Assembly: GCA_044220955.1 (NCBI GenBank)
Contig: JBGAQA010000016.1
Coordinates: forward strand, 1 to 64,000
Reading direction: 5' to 3'
DNA length: 64,000 bases
Source: Sandaracinaceae bacterium
Lineage (GTDB): Bacteria > Myxococcota_A > Polyangia > Polyangiales > Sandaracinaceae
In this document: positions 57,720-64,000 of the stretch, in pieces
How the letters are laid out: every line of letters begins with the position of its first letter
Numbering within the stretch: the stretch's first letter is position 1
Notes under the pieces: model-generated
Database searches by the model: none
Told to the model about the DNA's origin: nothing
Seen by the model: only the letters and a program-made list of their open reading frames with translations
Position numbers and translations under genes: made by a program

Positions 57720-60143
57720 GTGAGCGAGCCCGAGAGCGAAGAAAAGGCCCAGAAGGCCGGGTCCCACGGGCCCGACTCGGAGATGTTCTCCGTCCCGCGC
57801 CCCCGCAAGGCCATCCCCCAGCTCAAGGACGTCCCTCTGACGAAGGAGGAGATCCGTCGGCGCAAGATGGTCCGCACGGCGATGATCGCCTCGGTCGTGA
57901 TCGCGGCCCTGACCGCGGCCTTTCTCCTCTACCGCGCCAACCACCGACGCGAGATCGAAGCGGCGCGCGACGAGGCGGAGCGCACGGGGCGGATGGCCGC
58001 GATCGAGCGCGCGATCGCCCTGCTCGACGGAGAGAACGGCGCTGCCGACGTCGCGCTCTCGGCGCGCCTGCACGCGATGGCGGAGCTGGCCGGTGCGGAA
58101 GGGCACCGCGCGCCGGCCGAGGCCCTGCTCGGGCAGCACGATCCTTCCGGTGACGGCGCCTCGGATCACCGGATCGCCGAGACGTACCTCGCGCTCGCGC
58201 GCGGCGACGCCGGCGAGGCGTCGCGCGTGGCTGCGCTGCTCGTCCCGGGCCGAGGGCCGCGCGCCGCCGAGGCGGGACACGCCGTCGCACGTGCGCAGCT
58301 CGCGATCGGTAGCGTCGTGCAGGCGCGGACGGCGGCGGACGCCGCGCGGGCGGGCGCGCCCGACGCGCCGCGGCACCTCGCGCTCGTGGTGGAGATCGCC
58401 GCGCGCGGCGGCGGGGAGGCGCCCGAGGCCCGGGGCGACGAGACGGTCGTCCGCCTCGCGCGGGCGCGCGCCGCGATCGAGGCGCTCGGGCCGGCCAGCG
58501 ACGTGCGCCCCGACGCCGAGGCGGTGCTCGCCGCGGGCGACGCCACGCCGGCCGAGCACGGCTGGGCCGAGCTCGCCCTCGGGATTTCGGACGCGATCGA
58601 CGGCGACACGCTGCACGCCTCCGCGCACCTGGCCGCCGCTTCGGAGCACCGGCCGCCTGGCGACGAGCTCTTCACCATCGAGCTCGCGGAGGCGCTCTTC
58701 GACGTCGGCCGCCGGCTCGACGCCGCGACCGCGATGGAGCCGCTGACCGGCCACGTCTCGACCGACACGTCGCGACGCGCGCTCCTGACTGCGCGGCAGG
58801 AGCTGCTCCGCGGGGACGCCGAGGCGGCGTCGCGCGCCGCCGAGACGGCCGTGGGCTCGCCGCGCCGCACGCTGGTGCAGGCGCGCATCGCGCTCTTGCG
58901 AGACGACTTCGCCCACGCGCGTCCCTGGCTGGAGGAAGTGACGGACTCCGCGGCGCTCGGCTCGTACGCCCACCTCGAGCTCGTGCAGCTGCTGGTCCTG
59001 ACCGGAGACACCGCCGGCGCGCTCGCGTCGGTGCAGAGCGCGCTCGACGCGGCGCCGACGCACCCGCGCCTCGCGGCGGCAGCGGCCCACGCGCTCAGCG
59101 CATCCGGGCAGCACGACGAGGCGCTCACCGTCCTGGGACGCGCGGGTGACGCGCACGAGGGCGAGCCGCTGGTGCTCGTGGCGCGCGCGCGCGTCCATGC
59201 CCGCGCGGCCGAGTGGAACCAGGCGTACGAGGCCTTCCAGGCGGCACAGGGCGCGACCGAGGGCGAGCCGCAGATCAACACGGAGCGCGGGCAGGCCGCG
59301 CAGATGCTCGGGCACCTCGACGAGGCGCGCGAGGCCTATGCGGCCGCGCTCGCCGTCGATCCGCACCAGCCCACGGCGCTCGTCGCGCTGCTCGGCGTGC
59401 AGGTCGAGACGCACGACCTCGAGGGCGCGATGCAGTCGCTCGCGCGGATCGACGAGGCGCACCTGGTCGATCCGGTGATCGATCACCTCCGGGCGCGCGC
59501 GCTCGTGGACCGTCAGGCCGGCGAGAGCGGCGTCGCGCGCGTCGAGGAGGCCATCGGCCGCAGCCCCGACGACGGCGAGCTGCGCTTCGCGCTCGCGCGG
59601 CTCTACGCGCAGGCCGAGCGCTGGTCCGACGCGGCCGACGCGTACTACGCCGCGCTCTCGCGGACGACCGACCGCCGCCTCGCGCTCGGCATGCGCGCGA
59701 TCGCCCTCGCGCGCGCGCGGCGCGCGCCGACGGTGCAGGCGATGCTCGACCAGCTGCGGGCGACGGTCTCCACGGAGTCGCCGCTCTTGCCGCGAGACAC
59801 CGCGATGGTCGCCGTCGCCTCCGCCTGGGTGGAGTGGGACGCCGACGCCTACGGGCGTGTGACGATCTTCGCACGCCAGGCGATCGACGCGGTGCCGGAC
59901 GACCCCGACGCGACGCTGCTGCTCGCCTACGTCGACGAGAACGCGCACCGCGACCCGAGCGAGCGCCTGCGCGTCATCCACGACGCGTCGATCGAGGCGC
60001 GCGGCTGGCTCGCCTCGCTCGCGGCGGCGACGCCGCTCGACGCGGCGGGCTGCACGGACGCGCGCGCGTACCTCGCCGCGGCCCCGAGCGGCCGCTTCGC
60101 CGCCGAGCTCGGCCGCCGCGTCGCGAGCTGCGCGGCGCCCTGA
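57720..60143 (+). CDS. Membrane-anchored TPR-repeat protein
   Basis: N-terminal TM, long Ala-rich helical repeats (ALAVDP, AIGRSPDDGELRFALARLY). Confidence 0.75.
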   Translation: MSEPESEEKAQKAGSHGPDSEMFSVPRPRKAIPQLKDVPLTKEEIRRRKMVRTAMIASVVIAALTAAFLLYRANHRREIEAARDEAERTGRMAAIERAIALLDGENGAADVALSARLHAMAELAGAEGHRAPAEALLGQHDPSGDGASDHRIAETYLALARGDAGEASRVAALLVPGRGPRAAEAGHAVARAQLAIGSVVQARTAADAARAGAPDAPRHLALVVEIAARGGGEAPEARGDETVVRLARARAAIEALGPASDVRPDAEAVLAAGDATPAEHGWAELALGISDAIDGDTLHASAHLAAASEHRPPGDELFTIELAEALFDVGRRLDAATAMEPLTGHVSTDTSRRALLTARQELLRGDAEAASRAAETAVGSPRRTLVQARIALLRDDFAHARPWLEEVTDSAALGSYAHLELVQLLVLTGDTAGALASVQSALDAAPTHPRLAAAAAHALSASGQHDEALTVLGRAGDAHEGEPLVLVARARVHARAAEWNQAYEAFQAAQGATEGEPQINTERGQAAQMLGHLDEAREAYAAALAVDPHQPTALVALLGVQVETHDLEGAMQSLARIDEAHLVDPVIDHLRARALVDRQAGESGVARVEEAIGRSPDDGELRFALARLYAQAERWSDAADAYYAALSRTTDRRLALGMRAIALARARRAPTVQAMLDQLRATVSTESPLLPRDTAMVAVASAWVEWDADAYGRVTIFARQAIDAVPDDPDATLLLAYVDENAHRDPSERLRVIHDASIEARGWLASLAAATPLDAAGCTDARAYLAAAPSGRFAAELGRRVASCAAP

Positions 60144-60273
60144 CGCAAGGGCCGACGTCGCCGCACGGGCCGTGTTGTTCGCTGGTTCCATTGCCGTGCA
60201 CGCGGGCGGGCTCACCTGGACCTCTGCGCTGCCGGAGGCGATGGGCTCGAAGTGATGCTGGGAGTGAGCGTGA

Positions 60274-60426
60274 ATTACGGCGGGGCGACTCGTGGTCGAT
60301 GAGCCAGTCGATCTGCCCGAGGACACCGAGGTCGAAGTCCTCGTCCGCGTGGTCGTTCTTGCGGTCCGGGGCAGCGTGCGGGGCCTCCTTCCGCGCCTGC
60401 GTGCGCGGCTCACCGAGCTGCGCTGA
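60274..60426 (+). pseudogene. Remnant of a small antitoxin-like gene
   Basis: ITAGRLVVDEPVDLPEDTEVEVLV resembles small GRLxxDEPxDLPEGxEV proteins; in-frame TGA at 60265 and 60271 remove the start. Confidence 0.45.
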
Positions 60427-60427
60427 G

Positions 60428-60466
60428 CCCTCACACTGGCCCTCTCCCACGACGTGGGAGAGGGGA
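60428..60466. repeat. REP-like palindrome
   Basis: CCCTCAC...CCCTCTCCCAC-GAC-GTGGGAGAGGG, perfect 11-bp stem. Confidence 0.55.
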
Positions 60467-60549
60467 CCGATGCACGCGCACGTGGCGGTGGGGCGACGGA
60501 TCCGGTAGTTTTTCGGGGTGAGGCGCGCGCCTCGGGCGCCTCGGTCGAG

Positions 60550-61647
60550 ATGCAGCCCCTTCCCACCTCTCCGTTCCGCTCGTCGCAGAGCCCTGCGCTC
60601 GGGTACCGCGCCCGCAAGATCCTCTTCGCGGTCGTGAGCGAGTACATCGCGACGGGCGAGCCCGTGGGCTCGCGACGGCTGAGCAAGCGCTACGGGCTGA
60701 ACCTCTCGCCCGCCACCATCCGCAACGAGCTCGCCGACCTCGAGGAGGCGGGCTGCGTGACGTCGCCGCACACGAGCGCGGGGCGCGTCCCGACCGAGGT
60801 CGGCTTCCGCGTCTTCATCGACGCCCTGGCGCAGATGCGCGAGGTGGGCGAGACCGATCGCGCCGCGATCCTCGCGCGCATGGGCCAGCTCCGGCCGGGC
60901 GTCGACGACGTGATGCGCGAGGCCGGGCGCCTGCTCGCCTCGCTCACGGGGGCCGCCGCGCTCGTCACGCGCCCGCGGCCCGAGCTCGACGCGCTGGCGC
61001 AGCTGCGGTTCGTGCCGCTCGGCGGCGCGAGCGTGCTCGCGGTGATCGTCACGCGGAGCGGCACCATCCAGAACCGCGTGGTCGCGCTGCCCGAGGCGCT
61101 CGACGCGAGCGAGCTCGAGCGCCTGCAGAACTACGTGACCGAGCTCGCGCAGGGCAAGACGCTCGCGGAGCTGCGCGCGGCGCTGGCCGAGGCGGTGGCG
61201 AGCGACCGTGGCGCCTACGACCGGCTCAAGCGGCGTGCGCGGCAGATGGTGGAGGCCGCGGTGAGCCCGGACGCGCGCGAGGTCGTGATCGAGGGCCAGG
61301 GCGCCCTCTTCGACCGCCCCGAGTTCGAGAGCTCGGAGAAGATGCGGGCCTTCCTGCGCGCCTTCGAGGAGAAGGAGCGCCTCGTGGGCCTGCTCGACCG
61401 CACCATCGCGGCCGCCGGCGTCACCGTCCTGGTCGGGAGCGAGGCCAACCTCGTGGACGTACCGGACATCGGCGTCATCTCGGCCGCCTACCGTGCAGGC
61501 GGGCACGGCGCTGGCACCGTCGGCCTCGTGGGGCCTACCCGCATGGACTACGGCAAGCTGATGCCGCTCGTCGGCTTCATGTCCGAGGTGATCAGCGACG
61601 TGCTCGACCCGGGCGACCCGGACGCTGGCGAGACCGACCCCGACTGA
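60550..61647 (+). CDS. hrcA: Heat-inducible transcription repressor
   Basis: YIATGEPVGS, LSPATIRNELADLEE, PHTSAGRVPT, GPTRMDY; upstream of grpE-dnaK. Confidence 0.95.
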   Translation: MQPLPTSPFRSSQSPALGYRARKILFAVVSEYIATGEPVGSRRLSKRYGLNLSPATIRNELADLEEAGCVTSPHTSAGRVPTEVGFRVFIDALAQMREVGETDRAAILARMGQLRPGVDDVMREAGRLLASLTGAAALVTRPRPELDALAQLRFVPLGGASVLAVIVTRSGTIQNRVVALPEALDASELERLQNYVTELAQGKTLAELRAALAEAVASDRGAYDRLKRRARQMVEAAVSPDAREVVIEGQGALFDRPEFESSEKMRAFLRAFEEKERLVGLLDRTIAAAGVTVLVGSEANLVDVPDIGVISAAYRAGGHGAGTVGLVGPTRMDYGKLMPLVGFMSEVISDVLDPGDPDAGETDPD

Positions 61648-61660
61648 CTCACGTCGAGAC

Positions 61661-61689
61661 TTGTCCGCGGGCGATCCGGTGTCTATTGT
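61661..61689 (+). promoter_or_regulatory. Sigma70-type promoter of grpE (leaderless)
   Basis: TTGTCC-N17-TATTGT, then 6 nt to GTG 61696. Confidence 0.6.
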
Positions 61690-61695
61690 CGCGCC

Positions 61696-62235
61696 GTGAG
61701 CGACGAGACCAGTGAGCCGCCGGCGGAGACGTCGGCCGAGGCCGCCCCGGCCGCCGATCCGCCCGGGCCCGAGGACGAGGTCGCCAAGGCCCGCGCGGAG
61801 ACCGCGCGCGTCAAGGATCAGCTGCTACGGACGGCGGCCGACTTCGACAACTTCCGCAAGCGCGCGCTCAAGGATCTCGCGGAGGAGCGCCGGCGCGCCA
61901 AGGAGGACGCGATCCGCGAGCTCCTGCCGGTGATCGACAACCTCGAGCGAGCGGTGTCGGCGGCGGCGACGGCGACCGACGTCAGCGCCGTGGTCGAGGG
62001 CATCCGGATGGTGCTCAAGCTCTTCGAGGACCAGGCCAACCGCCTCGGTCTGACCAAGGTGAAGGCGGTCGGCGAGCGCTTCGATCCCGCGATCCACGAC
62101 GCGATCCAGCAGATCGAGACCGACGAGCACCCCCCCGGGACCGTGATCGCGGAGGTCGTGGCCGGCTTCCGGCTGGGCGACAAGCTCGTCCGTCCCGCGA
62201 TGGTGGTCGTCGCCCGCAAGGCCGCCTCGGCCTGA
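61696..62235 (+). CDS. grpE: Nucleotide exchange factor GrpE
   Basis: ADFDNFRKR, LLPVIDNLERA, FDPAIHDA, RPAMVVV. Confidence 0.96.
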   Translation: MSDETSEPPAETSAEAAPAADPPGPEDEVAKARAETARVKDQLLRTAADFDNFRKRALKDLAEERRRAKEDAIRELLPVIDNLERAVSAAATATDVSAVVEGIRMVLKLFEDQANRLGLTKVKAVGERFDPAIHDAIQQIETDEHPPGTVIAEVVAGFRLGDKLVRPAMVVVARKAASA

Positions 62236-62308
62236 CCGGCCCGCGGCCACGCAAGATGCGTGATCCGGGTGGAGCGCCTGCGCTAGGATGCGCGGGCTAG
62301 CGATCGTC

Positions 62309-64000
62309 ATGGCGCGCGTCATCGGAATCGACCTGGGAACGACGAACTCGTGTGTCGCCTTCGTGGAGAACGGCGAGCCGATCGTGATCCCGAACGCGGA
62401 AGGGGCCCGCACGACCCCCTCGGTGGTTGCGTTCACCAAGGACGGCGAGCGGCGCGTCGGATCGGTGGCCAAGCGCCAGGCCGGCACCAATCCGGAGAAC
62501 ACCGTCTACTCGGTGAAGCGCATCATGGGCCGGCGCTTCACGTCGGAGGAGGCCAAGCGCCACATCGCGGCCGTCCCCTACACGGTGATCGAGGCGCCCA
62601 ACGGTGACGCCTGGGTCCGCGCCGGGGGCAAGGACCTCTCGCCGCCCGAGATCTCGGCCTACGTGCTCGAGAAGATGAAGGAGGTCGCCGAGTCGTACCT
62701 CGGGCAGCCCGTCGACGGCGCCGTGGTGACGGTCCCGGCGTACTTCGACGATGCGCAGCGCCAGGCGACGCGGGACGCGGGCAAGGTCGCCGGGCTCGAG
62801 ATCAAGCGCATCATCAACGAGCCGACCGCGGCCGCGCTGGCGTACGGCCTCGAGAAGCAGCGGGGCGGGAAGATCGCCGTGTACGACCTCGGCGGCGGCA
62901 CGTTCGACATCTCGATCCTCGAGATCGAAGGCGGCGTGTTCAAGGTGCTCGCGACCAACGGCGACACGCACCTCGGCGGCGAGGACTTCGACAAGCTCGT
63001 CGTGGACTACCTCGCGGACCTCTTCGCGAAGGAGAACAAGGGCATCGACCTGCGCAAGGACCGGGTCGCCCTGCAGCGCCTCAAGGAGCAAGCGGAGAAG
63101 GCCAAGCACGAGCTCTCGAGCGCGCTCGACACCGAGATCAACCTGCCCTTCATCGCGGCGGACGCGACGGGCCCCAAGCACCTGGTCACCACGCTCAAGC
63201 GCAGCGACCTCGAGATCCTCTGTGGCGAGCTCATCGACAAGACCCTCGAGCCGTGCCGCAGGGCGCTCGCCGACGCGCACGTCACCGTGAAGGACATCGA
63301 CGAGGTGATCCTCGTCGGCGGCATGACGCGCATGCCCATGGTGCAGAAGAAGGTCAGCGAGCTCTTCGGGCGCACGCCGCACAAGGGCGTGAACCCCGAC
63401 GAGGTCGTCGCCGTGGGCGCGGCCATCCAGGCGGCCAGCATGACCGGGGCGATGGAGGAGGTCCTGCTCCTCGACGTCACGCCGCTCTCGCTCGGCGTCG
63501 AGGTAGGCGGCGGCATCTTCCACAAGCTGATCGCGCGCAACACCACGATCCCCACGAACGCGAGCGAGGTGTTCACGACGAGCGTGGACAACCAGCCCTT
63601 CGTTCCCATCCACGTCCTGCAGGGCGAGCGCGAGATGAGCGCCGACAACAAGAGCCTCGCGCGCTTCGAGCTGTCTCCCATCCCGCCGGCGCCGCGCGGT
63701 GTGCCGCAGGTCGAGGTGAAGTTCGACATCGACGTCGACGGCATCGTCCACGTGAACGCCAAGGATCTCGGGACCGGGCGCGAGCAGAAGGTACGGGTCG
63801 TCGCCTCGAGCGGCTTGACCAAGGAACAGATCGAGCAGCTCGTCGGCGACGCCGACAAGTACAAGGAGGCCGACGCGCGTCGCAAGGAGCTCGCCGAGCT
63901 CAAGAACGGCGCCGCAGCGCTGCTCTACACGAGCGAGCGTGCGGTGACGGACTTCGCGGACCTCGTCTCGCCCGAGCTGCTCGATCAGGTCAAGAAGGAC
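62309..64000 (+). CDS. dnaK: Molecular chaperone DnaK (runs off the window end; absent from the ORF track)
   Basis: Read from the [58 protein letters not shown]. Confidence 0.97.
   Translation, partial: MARVIGIDLGTTNSCVAFVENGEPIVIPNAEGARTTPSVVAFTKDGERRVGSVAKRQAGTNPENTVYSVKRIMGRRFTSEEAKRHIAAVPYTVIEAPNGDAWVRAGGKDLSPPEISAYVLEKMKEVAESYLGQPVDGAVVTVPAYFDDAQRQATRDAGKVAGLEIKRIINEPTAAALAYGLEKQRGGKIAVYDLGGGTFDISILEIEGGVFKVLATNGDTHLGGEDFDKLVVDYLADLFAKENKGIDLRKDRVALQRLKEQAEKAKHELSSALDTEINLPFIAADATGPKHLVTTLKRSDLEILCGELIDKTLEPCRRALADAHVTVKDIDEVILVGGMTRMPMVQKKVSELFGRTPHKGVNPDEVVAVGAAIQAASMTGAMEEVLLLDVTPLSLGVEVGGGIFHKLIARNTTIPTNASEVFTTSVDNQPFVPIHVLQGEREMSADNKSLARFELSPIPPAPRGVPQVEVKFDIDVDGIVHVNAKDLGTGREQKVRVVASSGLTKEQIEQLVGDADKYKEADARRKELAELKNGAAALLYTSERAVTDFADLVSPELLDQVKKD

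Noticed and set aside
60518..60637. Leaderless upstream ORF overlapping the hrcA start
   Set aside because: Out of frame with hrcA and atypical codon usage; the GTG is probably just near the transcript start
62297..63751. 484-aa minus-strand ORF
   Set aside because: Antisense shadow of dnaK, a well-known spurious ORF; dnaK motifs are clear on the plus strand

Overview
This is a very GC-rich bacterial chromosomal window. Three eukaryotic-like Ser/Thr kinases, a Cys-rich repeat lipoprotein, a CFI-box-CTERM protein and a Gly-rich SSB point to Myxococcota (Polyangiales/Sandaracinaceae-like); that assignment is inference. The centrepiece (about 9.8-25.0 kb) is a redox island. It holds a divergent 2[4Fe-4S] ferredoxin, a hemerythrin behind a sigma54-type promoter, a 2-oxoacid:ferredoxin oxidoreductase (alpha/beta), a rubrerythrin/ferritin-like di-iron protein, an 11-subunit complex I (nuoABCDHIJKLMN, no nuoEFG) and a second hemerythrin with a Cys tail. 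The window also carries an MNT-HEPN toxin-antitoxin pair, an HtrA-like protein lacking catalytic residues next to a LuxR regulator, a PAS hybrid kinase coupled to a GH1 gene, and a DUF4266-DUF3570-cytochrome c lipoprotein operon. Housekeeping genes include ssb, tlyA, clpP, mutY, xth, a cyclophilin and hrcA-grpE-dnaK. Non-coding signals include a candidate structured sRNA or micropeptide near 57.2 kb, two gene remnants, and a recurring -10 hexamer 6-8 nt before SD-less start codons that suggests widespread leaderless mRNAs. No rRNA, tRNA, CRISPR array or transposase was recognised. All product calls come from motif recognition by eye, with no database searches.
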